NCBI GenBank assembly: GCA_028286615.1
Contig: JAQBRG010000002.1
Coordinates: 31,235-95,234 of the forward strand
Reading direction: 5' to 3'
From: Parcubacteria group bacterium
Lineage (GTDB): Bacteria > Patescibacteriota > Minisyncoccia > Phycocordibacterales > Phycocordibacteraceae
Length of the DNA stretch: 64,000 nucleotides
A program made the translations under genes and the position numbers. Positions 57,176 to 64,000 of the stretch are shown one piece after another. Every line of letters begins with the position of its first letter. Within the stretch, counting starts at the first letter, position 1. The notes beneath the pieces were generated by a model. It saw only the letters and a list, made by a program, of their open reading frames with translations, was not told the DNA's origin and made no database searches.

Positions 57176-58447
57176 ATGAACAGATCTTTCCTTACATTTT
57201 CCAAATTCGTTGTGCTGGGTAGCCTCATGCTTGCTGTTGCAGCAGCGCCTCTTTCAACATACGCCGCAAGCTCGTCTAAAAGTTCTAAAACGAGCAACAG
57301 TTCTTCGTTTGAAGTATCCGGATGGATACCGTACTGGCGTGCTGACGCAGGAACGAATGATGCTAACTCGCATCTCAGTCAGTTAACTGAGATAAATCCT
57401 TTCGGCTACATCGTTAAATCGGATGGAAGCCTTAACGATGCCATGAACGTAAATAGCTCTACGTGGCAGAAGCTTATTAAGAACGCAAAGAAGAAGGGAG
57501 TACGCGTCGTACCAACCCTTATGTGGAGCGATACTGCTTCCATTCACGCTATTCTCTCAGATCCTCAGAAACGCGCGGCGCACATAAAGAATATTGTCGC
57601 AGCGGTTGAGAAGAACAACTTTGACGGTGTAGACATAGACTACGAGGGAAAGAAAGCAGAGACCCGCACCTACTACTCCGCCTTTCTCAAAGAGCTTTCT
57701 GTAGCATTAGCAAAGGAGAAGACCAAGAAAACGCTCGCCTGTACTATCGAAGCACGCATGCCTCTTGAGGCACGCTTCGCTGGCACACCACCCGCAAATA
57801 TAGAGTACGCGAACGATCTTCCTGAGATAAACAAGTACTGCGACAGAGTACGTATCATGACCTACGACCAACAGACCGCAGACCTCCAGTTAAATGCAGT
57901 CGCACGCGCTGCTGGCGAGATCTACGCGCCTGTTGCAGACACGGCATGGGTTGAGAAGGTGGTGAACTATATGGCTCGGGATATAGACAAGAAGAAGATG
58001 GTTATCGGCATCGCAACCTATGGCTACATCTATCAGGTAATGCCATTCACTACAGGTAACGGTTTTGACTACACCAAGATAGAGGCATTCAATCCGCAGT
58101 ACGCTGTAGACCTCGCAAAGGAATACAACATAACGCCAACACGTAACCGTGCAGGGGAACTCTCGTTCTCTTACGTACCAAAGAACACGCCGGCGGCCCT
58201 TCCTTCTCAGAGCTTCCTTGAAGCACTTGCACCCAAGGGCACTGCATCAGGAGATCTTGCCGCTGCAGGAGCCCTTGCCCTTGCTAAGAAGCAGAAGCGC
58301 CAAGCACCTGTGCAGTACCTAACATGGAGCGATGACGGTGCTATCAAGCAGAAAGTAGATCTGGCAAAGAGGCTCGGGCTCAAGGGTGTAGCCGTCTTCA
58401 AGTTCGATGGCGGGGAAGATCCTGATATGTGGAGCGTACTCAAATAA
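57176..58447 (+). CDS. Secreted glycoside hydrolase family 18 protein (chitinase-like / cell-wall hydrolase)
   Basis: Signal peptide, then GH18 catalytic motif FDGVDIDYEG (DxDxE) and GWIPYW. Confidence 0.75.
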   Translation: MNRSFLTFSKFVVLGSLMLAVAAAPLSTYAASSSKSSKTSNSSSFEVSGWIPYWRADAGTNDANSHLSQLTEINPFGYIVKSDGSLNDAMNVNSSTWQKLIKNAKKKGVRVVPTLMWSDTASIHAILSDPQKRAAHIKNIVAAVEKNNFDGVDIDYEGKKAETRTYYSAFLKELSVALAKEKTKKTLACTIEARMPLEARFAGTPPANIEYANDLPEINKYCDRVRIMTYDQQTADLQLNAVARAAGEIYAPVADTAWVEKVVNYMARDIDKKKMVIGIATYGYIYQVMPFTTGNGFDYTKIEAFNPQYAVDLAKEYNITPTRNRAGELSFSYVPKNTPAALPSQSFLEALAPKGTASGDLAAAGALALAKKQKRQAPVQYLTWSDDGAIKQKVDLAKRLGLKGVAVFKFDGGEDPDMWSVLK

Positions 58448-58487
58448 AGTATTCTCACGCGCTCCCACCGTGATTTTATGAGGAATT

Positions 58488-58512
58488 CACCCGGCCTTCA
58501 GCCGGGTTTCCT
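58488..58512 (+). terminator. Rho-independent terminator
   Basis: cacccggc-cttca-gccgggt followed by ttcctt. Confidence 0.45.
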
Positions 58513-58524
58513 TATAAATAAGGC

Positions 58525-59775
58525 ATGGCCATACCACAGACATCAACTTGGGTCTCAGATACAAAGCTGCCACAGTTCCCGAAACTCAAAGAAGATATTA
58601 GTACCGAAGTTCTCGTTATTGGAGGAGGTCTCGCCGGACTCTTAAGTGCGTATCTGCTCGCTAAGGCGAAGAAGGAGGTTGTTGTTATAGAGAAAGGCAG
58701 ACTCTCACAGATGGGTACTGGATACACTACCGGCTTCTTGTCGCAGATAGTTGATACTGATTACAGCGATCTTATAGACATGTTCGGAAAGAAAGGAGCA
58801 AAAGATGTTTGGAATTCTCATGGAAAGGCAATTGACCTAATCGAACGTATTGTTGAGGACGAAGAAATAGACTGCGAATTTAATCGCTGCAACAATTATA
58901 TCTACGCAAACTCCAGGAGCGAGTGGAGAGATCTTAAGACTGAATACGAAGCCATGAGGACTCTTGGCTTTTCTGTTACAGACACGCCAACTGATCTCGG
59001 CTTTAGCAATAAGGGTGTTATAACCGTTGAGAATCAAGGCAAATATCACGCCGTTAAGTTCGTGGCCGGCCTCGTACAGGCTCTAGAACGTATGGGTGTA
59101 CAAATCTTCGAACTAACGGAAGCCAAAGAGCACAGCAAGGGCAAGGGGTTAGCTAAGGTTTCAGCCGGGAAGTACACCATAGCGGCAGACTGGACCATAA
59201 CCGCAACCTACCAGCCGTTTGATAACCCCAAGGAAGTGTTCCTAAAGAAAGGAATGTATAAGTCCTACATCATTGAGCTTGAGGCACCCAAAGGGTCGTA
59301 TCCAGAGGGTACGTACGAGGATGCAGACAATCCATACCAATATTTCCGAGTAGATCGTATGCATGAGCATGACCGTATTATTCTTGGTGGCATGGATCAT
59401 CGTGCGGAGCTTAAATTTTCAGAGGAGCGTATCTTCTCAGAGCTTGAGAACTATGCAGAGGAGCTGTTTGGAGAGAGATACAAGCTTGTACGAGAATGGT
59501 CTGGATATATTTTGGAACCACTTGATGGGCTTGCTTACATCGGCCAAGTTGCGCCGCGCCGCCTTCTTGCAACAGCGTTCTCAGGTAACGGCATGACGTA
59601 TAGCGCCATTAGCGCCATGATATTTAGGGACATAATTGGAGGCAAGAAGAACCCGTATGCTGGTCTTTATGAACCAAGCCGTGTTCCAAACATGACGCAG
59701 CTTTGGAAGAAGGGCAGGGACTACACCGAGGAACTCTTTAGAGGTGTGGCAAAGATTGCGACGAAAGGATCTTAA
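58525..59775 (+). CDS. FAD-dependent oxidoreductase (DAO / glycine-oxidase-like)
   Basis: Rossmann motif EVLVIGGGLAGLLSAYLLAKAKKEVVVIEK. Confidence 0.75.
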   Translation: MAIPQTSTWVSDTKLPQFPKLKEDISTEVLVIGGGLAGLLSAYLLAKAKKEVVVIEKGRLSQMGTGYTTGFLSQIVDTDYSDLIDMFGKKGAKDVWNSHGKAIDLIERIVEDEEIDCEFNRCNNYIYANSRSEWRDLKTEYEAMRTLGFSVTDTPTDLGFSNKGVITVENQGKYHAVKFVAGLVQALERMGVQIFELTEAKEHSKGKGLAKVSAGKYTIAADWTITATYQPFDNPKEVFLKKGMYKSYIIELEAPKGSYPEGTYEDADNPYQYFRVDRMHEHDRIILGGMDHRAELKFSEERIFSELENYAEELFGERYKLVREWSGYILEPLDGLAYIGQVAPRRLLATAFSGNGMTYSAISAMIFRDIIGGKKNPYAGLYEPSRVPNMTQLWKKGRDYTEELFRGVAKIATKGS

Positions 59776-60056
59776 TCGTCCGCGATTTCAGGAGGCGCCA
59801 GACGATCCATAAGAGCCATGTAGAAAGGAGCGCGTTCGCTAATATCGTTAGCGTCGTTAATGAGCGTGATTACATCTCTCGGGTTGAAATGGCCTACTTG
59901 TTTCCTGGCTTCTTCAAGGTCTGCAGGATCTATGTCTGCCCCTGAGATAACTGAGCGAATCTCAGCGAGCTTTTCAGGCAGGGCAGTAACTTTCTCAGGC
60001 TTTGGCCCAATCTCAGCGTTTGGTAAATAGTGCACGTTATTAGGTCCTTCATTCAT
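59772..60056 (-). CDS. Hypothetical small acidic protein
   Basis: 94-aa ORF, convergent with the previous gene and overlapping it by 4 nt. Confidence 0.35.
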   Translation of the reverse strand: MNEGPNNVHYLPNAEIGPKPEKVTALPEKLAEIRSVISGADIDPADLEEARKQVGHFNPRDVITLINDANDISERAPFYMALMDRLAPPEIADD

Positions 60057-60081
60057 ATACCGTATTCTATCAATTCCAGCG

Positions 60082-60966
60082 TTAGTCGAAAAGAGACACT
60101 AAATACGTATCAATCTCTCTTTGGTCTAAATCGTAAAAGTATTTGTTCTCGTCATGGAGCTTCTCAGCTAAGTCTGTACCAACAAAGCGCCAATGCCATG
60201 GCTCGTATTGGTAGTACGCATTGCCTTTAGGGTACGAGAGTATAAACCCGTAACGCCAGGCGTTCTCCGTAAGCCATTTATAACCAGGAGACGTGTCGAA
60301 ATTAATGGCGAGCCCTGCTATAGCTGGCGTGGTGAGGTCAAGCGTAGTGCCCAGCTGGTGTTCTGAGTACCCCTGTTCGGCTGAGAAGCGGTTTGCTCCA
60401 ACGCCGTACGTAAGACGATAGCTTGCTTTAAGCTCGGCCTGCGTACCAAAGGAACGATAGGCAGAAACAACCTTGAGCGTCGCGGTGTCTTTTTCTGCAG
60501 CCTTTAGCATTCTCTCTAGATAGGGAAGTGCGTCTCCATGGAATTCAAGTTCGCGGCCTTCCTCAAGCACATATTCGGAATCAATCGTTCCTAGCTTTGA
60601 AGGAATGTAGTTCTCGTTGAGGAAGTACACTTTTGAATACTTTTCTAAGAGCTGCTTGTCCGTATTGGCTAGCTTGTCTAACGTCTCAACTTTGTCAGCG
60701 AGCGAGGCAAGCTGCTGAACGGAAGAGCGGTTCTCTTCTTTTGCGGAATCAAGATCTTTTGAGAGACCCTCTTTCTCTCTAGCTTCTTCAGCAAGTGTCT
60801 CCTGTGCTTTTATATATGCTGCAGTTGTCGAAGCTAGTTCAGTTTGTGTTGCACCTAGTTCCTGTTTGGTTCGTTCGTGCCCGCTATAGCTCCAGAAGGA
60901 GAAGCCCCCGAGTCCTATAACAAGAAGCCCGAGCACTCCGCTAATAGCTAGTACAGGAGGCGTCAT
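60082..60966 (-). CDS. VanY-type D-alanyl-D-alanine carboxypeptidase (peptidase M15B) with N-terminal TM and coiled coil
   Basis: VSAYRSFGTQ, SAEQGYSEHQLGTTLDL and EPWHWRFVG are the Zn-binding H/D/H motifs of M15. Confidence 0.75.
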   Translation of the reverse strand: MTPPVLAISGVLGLLVIGLGGFSFWSYSGHERTKQELGATQTELASTTAAYIKAQETLAEEAREKEGLSKDLDSAKEENRSSVQQLASLADKVETLDKLANTDKQLLEKYSKVYFLNENYIPSKLGTIDSEYVLEEGRELEFHGDALPYLERMLKAAEKDTATLKVVSAYRSFGTQAELKASYRLTYGVGANRFSAEQGYSEHQLGTTLDLTTPAIAGLAINFDTSPGYKWLTENAWRYGFILSYPKGNAYYQYEPWHWRFVGTDLAEKLHDENKYFYDLDQREIDTYLVSLFD

Positions 60967-61026
60967 GCGGGGAGTGTAGCATATGCGTGCACTAGTGGCG
61001 CGCGTAAGGTACTATCGATATTCTAT

Positions 61027-61440
61027 ATGGCCAAAAGCAAATTCATTCCCGGAGATTTCAAATTAAATGTAAAGCGTTCAAGTGCAGGCCTCGGGCTTTT
61101 TGCTGGCGAACCTATTCCAAAAGGCGTTTGCGTCATTGAGTACGTAGGGCGGGTTGTCTCAAAGGAAGAGTCCGAGACAAGCAAGAGCAAATACTTATTT
61201 GAAATCAGCAAGAACAAGACTCTAGACGGAAAGCCAAAAATTAACAAAGCGGGGTACATTAACCATTCCTGCAAACCTAACTGTGAGGCAGAGATTAACA
61301 AAGCTCGAGTATTCATTCTTACGACGCGAGCCATTAAAGAAGGAGAAGAGCTGAACTACGATTACGGAAAAGAGTATTTCGATGAGCATATAAAGCCCTT
61401 TGGCTGCAGATGCGCAAAGTGTAAGCCGGTAAAGGGATAG
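61027..61440 (+). CDS. SET-domain protein-lysine methyltransferase
   Basis: GYINHSCKPNCE (NHSC), EELNYDYG (ELxYDY), and post-SET cysteines CRCAKCKP. Confidence 0.8.
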   Translation: MAKSKFIPGDFKLNVKRSSAGLGLFAGEPIPKGVCVIEYVGRVVSKEESETSKSKYLFEISKNKTLDGKPKINKAGYINHSCKPNCEAEINKARVFILTTRAIKEGEELNYDYGKEYFDEHIKPFGCRCAKCKPVKG

Positions 61441-61443
61441 AAA

Positions 61444-61468
61444 AAAGCGCCCCGAGGGGCGCTTTTCC
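61444..61468. terminator. Bidirectional rho-independent terminator
   Basis: aaagcgcccc-gag-gggcgctttt. Confidence 0.65.
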
Positions 61469-61669
61469 TTAAATGCGGCTGACCTTGATTGCATTAAGTC
61501 CCTTAGGGCCTTCTGCAGTCTCAAATGACACTTTGTCACCTGTTTGAAGATCGTCGAATTTGACGTTCACAAGCTCGTTAGAGTGGAAAAAGAGGTCTTT
61601 GTCCATTCCGTCGCGCTTGATGAATCCGAATCCCTTGTCGGTAAGACCGGCAATTGTTCCTTCCATCAT
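61469..61669 (-). CDS. Cold-shock protein (CspA family); track ORF extends to 61705 via alternative start, likely start MMEG
   Basis: GTIAGLTDKGFGFIKRDGMDKDLFFHSNEL is the canonical CSD RNP motif. Confidence 0.85.
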   Translation of the reverse strand: MMEGTIAGLTDKGFGFIKRDGMDKDLFFHSNELVNVKFDDLQTGDKVSFETAEGPKGLNAIKVSRI

Positions 61670-61880
61670 ATTGTGAGTAAGATCGATGCACCTGATAACT
61701 ATCAAGTGCAGGAGGCTGAAGAGGGAAACTCGACTCGTCTTCTTTACTCAGCACTGCGTTTGACCTAGTCAATTTACAATACTTTGTTTTCGGTGTCAAA
61801 CATCCTGCTCTTCATTATTCAGTATCTGGTATGATAAGAGATATCCTATGGGCAAGAAACATCTGATCCAGCACGTTCAT

Positions 61881-62438
61881 ATGGAGAATAGAGGTTTTAC
61901 CCTTATTGAACTTATGGTTGTTATAGCCATAATCGGTCTCCTTAGTACCATACTATTCTCTTCGTTTACGCTCGCTCAGGTAAAGGCACGAGATGCTGGA
62001 CGCCTCCAGACCATGCATTCAATGCAGCAGGCTCTCGAACTATTTTATTCCAAATACAACGCGTATCCTTGCGGTGCTCTGCCAGCACCTTCTCCCGGGA
62101 TCACCGTTGCTACTGATGGGGATTGGCTGCATACAGGCACACAACCTGACACCTTCCTTGATGGATATCCAACAACATGGGCCCAGCCTTGTGGAGGCGC
62201 GTACCCGTGGCACGGGATTGTCGCTGAAGCCCTGCTTCCTGCCGTAAAAGATGGAAATGGAAGTTACTACGCATATGACGTATCGGTAGATCGACAGAAG
62301 TACATTCTCTATGTAAATCTTCAGGATCCTGTTAATGCTACAAGGATGGCAAACGATGGGGGACTCAGAAGTTGTTATTACGAGATAGGAAATGGAGTTG
62401 GAACGATGACGCCGCAGTGGCTCTGTCCTTCTCCGTAG
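61881..62438 (+). CDS. Type IV pilin (prepilin-type N-terminal domain); track ORF starts 61848
   Basis: MENRGFTLIELMVVIAIIGLLSTILF is a class III signal and could be the major pilin. A strong terminator follows. Confidence 0.8.
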   Translation: MENRGFTLIELMVVIAIIGLLSTILFSSFTLAQVKARDAGRLQTMHSMQQALELFYSKYNAYPCGALPAPSPGITVATDGDWLHTGTQPDTFLDGYPTTWAQPCGGAYPWHGIVAEALLPAVKDGNGSYYAYDVSVDRQKYILYVNLQDPVNATRMANDGGLRSCYYEIGNGVGTMTPQWLCPSP

Positions 62439-62455
62439 TGGCTATAAGGCGCTAT

Positions 62456-62492
62456 AAACAGAAACTGCCCTCATAAGGGCAGTTTCTGTTTA
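62456..62492. terminator. Bidirectional rho-independent terminator
   Basis: aaacagaaactgccc-tcataa-gggcagtttctgttt. Confidence 0.7.
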
Positions 62493-62658
62493 TCGTGCTT
62501 TCTTCGCTGCTGCTTTAATCGCGAGGCGCTTGGCGGTCTTGTGCGGATGCTTGCGTACCTTCTTCGGGCTAACCCCGTGGCTGTTCTTTCCCATATAAAT
62601 GTATCTATGTGTTAGTGGTTGCGTACACCATACTACGGAGTGCCATAAAATGCTCGTG

Positions 62659-63507
62659 CTAGTGGAGGGTAGCTCCTCCTCGCTTCAAGGTCTCAATCTT
62701 TCGCTTTATATCAGCCACGGTCTTTTGGAGGTCTTCAACCTTTTGCTCGCTGTCTCGTTTGCGGCGGGTAGCGTCTTCTCCTTCACGTTCTGCACCGGTA
62801 ACTTTCTGCTGTTCTTGCTCCAGTTTTCGTTTCTCTTCAGCAAGAGCACGAGTCTCAAGAGCAAGTTCGCTCTCAAAGTCCTTTTCCTCCTGCTCGTTTC
62901 GGCTAATAGCTGTTTTGAGGTTCGCAATCTCCCGTTCCTTTGTGATGTCTGTGCCGGTGCTGCTTCGCGCTTCTTGCTTGCTCTCACGTATCTTGCCCTC
63001 AAGGGTTGCGATGTCGCGAGATAGGGCTCGCAGCGCTTCTTGTTTCTGTGCCAATTCGCTTTCAAGTTTCGTGTGCTCGCTTCTTGTCTGTTCTCCTTTC
63101 AGGCTTAGGGATTTATGAGATTCTTGCAGTTGGCGTGTTGAACTAGCTAAGTCTTCTGTAAGCGTTCGGTGCTCGTCACGTGCTTTTCGTAGGTTTGACT
63201 CAAGTTCTCGTACTGAGCGTTCTTTTTCTTCAACGGTATGCTCTGGTTGTGAGGACGCTCTGTACGTAACTTGCTTGGATAGGCGAAGACGGTTCTCAGC
63301 AGCATCCTTTTCTCGCATCTGTATGGCAAGAGCGCTTTCAGCTCGCCTGAGATCTCCTTCGAGCTTTGCTACATCTATAGCAACGGTACGTGCATGCTGG
63401 CGTTCCTTGTCTTTCTTCTGTGCCTCTACTCGAGCTTCTAGCTTCGCGGCATCTCGAGCAGCATCCTTTTTCAACTGCTCCTGGTCTTTGCCGTAGGGGT
63501 CAATCAT
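62659..63507 (-). CDS. Coiled-coil protein, hypothetical (track ORF to 63558)
   Basis: About 280 aa of E/K/R/L-rich heptad-like sequence. The overlapping plus-strand ORFs are Ser/Arg-rich junk. Confidence 0.5.
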   Translation of the reverse strand: MIDPYGKDQEQLKKDAARDAAKLEARVEAQKKDKERQHARTVAIDVAKLEGDLRRAESALAIQMREKDAAENRLRLSKQVTYRASSQPEHTVEEKERSVRELESNLRKARDEHRTLTEDLASSTRQLQESHKSLSLKGEQTRSEHTKLESELAQKQEALRALSRDIATLEGKIRESKQEARSSTGTDITKEREIANLKTAISRNEQEEKDFESELALETRALAEEKRKLEQEQQKVTGAEREGEDATRRKRDSEQKVEDLQKTVADIKRKIETLKRGGATLH

Positions 63508-63560
63508 AGGGGAAGTGTAGTACGGAATAGAGGCTGTACCAATAGCGACTTGTATCAAAC

Positions 63561-63589
63561 AAAAGAGCCTCCCTGTGGAGGCTCTTTTG
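63561..63589. terminator. Bidirectional rho-independent terminator
   Basis: aaaagagcctcc-ctgt-ggaggctctttt. Confidence 0.65.
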
Positions 63590-63597
63590 TTCCTAGC

Positions 63598-63837
63598 TTA
63601 TTGCGCTGCAGATCGCAGGTGCATTGGAAGCCAGTCCATAAGCTTCTTGCGATGCTGGTCGAGAGACCAAGTATCGCTAATCTTAAATAGCTCAGGGTAC
63701 TTCTTGCTGAATTCTTTCAGGATAGGGAGGGAGGCGTGCGGGAACTCTGCTGGGAGTTCAGCATTATAAAACTTCAGAAACTCAGCAATAGAGAGCTTCT
63801 TCTCGCTTCGCTCACGATCCACGTCTACTCCTTTCAT
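63598..63837 (-). CDS. Hypothetical protein (79 aa)
   Basis: ORF (MKGVDVDRERSEKKLSIAEFLKFYNAELPAEFP...) ending just upstream of the terminator. Confidence 0.4.
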   Translation of the reverse strand: MKGVDVDRERSEKKLSIAEFLKFYNAELPAEFPHASLPILKEFSKKYPELFKISDTWSLDQHRKKLMDWLPMHLRSAAQ

Positions 63838-64000
63838 GGGTTGATAATACCATGATATCTCTTCTTAATCAAGACATGGGGTGGGTTGGGGCGTTTTTGT
63901 ATACAAAAAGTCGCAGGTAGAGGGTTGTAACCTCATGCCTGCGACCTTGCTTGTTTCTCGGCGTTCCTTAACGCGAGTACAGCGGCTTCAACGTAGCGAA

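Noticed and set aside
61600-61625. Apparent 1-nt frame inconsistency in my manual read of the cspA gene around 61619-61621
   Set aside because: The provided ORF track, computed from the actual sequence, reports an intact 78-aa CSD ORF. I attribute the discrepancy to my reading of the printed sequence and treat cspA as intact.
62599-63118. Plus-strand ORFs (141 aa, 119 aa) overlapping the coiled-coil gene
   Set aside because: Ser/Cys/Phe-rich. They are typical antisense of an E/K/R-rich coiled-coil gene, and the minus-strand product has clear heptad character.

Overview
The window reads as a chromosomal segment from a small-genome bacterium with about 50% GC. Short RpoB, no rimM, a minimal T4P set and many tiny proteins suggest a CPR/Patescibacteria-like or similarly reduced lineage (inference only). 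It uses the standard genetic code, with TAA, TAG and TGA all serving as stops. Conserved housekeeping blocks present: rpsP, a KH-domain protein, trmD, rpoB-rpoC, dnaG-rpoD and hisS plus a DEDD exonuclease and prmC. Between the blocks lie accessory regions.

Accessory regions:
(1) A lower-GC defence island at about 17.9-25.5 kb. It holds a translationally coupled OLD-family ATPase/Toprim nuclease and UvrD-like helicase (a Gabija-like, class-2 OLD pair). It also holds two uncharacterised ORFs and a beta-class DNA methyltransferase with a putative PD-(D/E)xK endonuclease and a DUF45 metallohydrolase. A CSD-fusion protein and a lone UvrD-helicase/RecB-nuclease (Fe-S) fusion follow.
(2) A mannoside-phosphorylase cluster: two GH130 proteins (one tandem-domain, one TM-anchored), a eukaryotic-type PMM-like HAD phosphatase and a cupin MPI.
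(3) A minimal type IV pilus cluster with PilB, PilC and five pilin or pseudopilin genes; one of these pilins is 489 aa with beta-propeller-like repeats. A separate pilin gene lies elsewhere.
(4) A toxin-antitoxin cluster (RHH antitoxin, RelE-like toxin, orphan MazF/PemK-like toxin).
(5) Cell-wall enzymes (3D-domain protein, GH18, VanY-type M15 peptidase) and a SET-domain protein next to CspA.

Other oddities: a sigma-70 with a histone-H1-like KAAPKK-repeat N-terminus, an S16 with an Ala/Glu-rich tail, DnaG and DsbA-like proteins with Cys-to-Ser substituted motifs, and several single-gene high-GC insertions. No rRNA, tRNA or CRISPR array was found. Motif-level coordinates are hand-read and may be off by a few nt.
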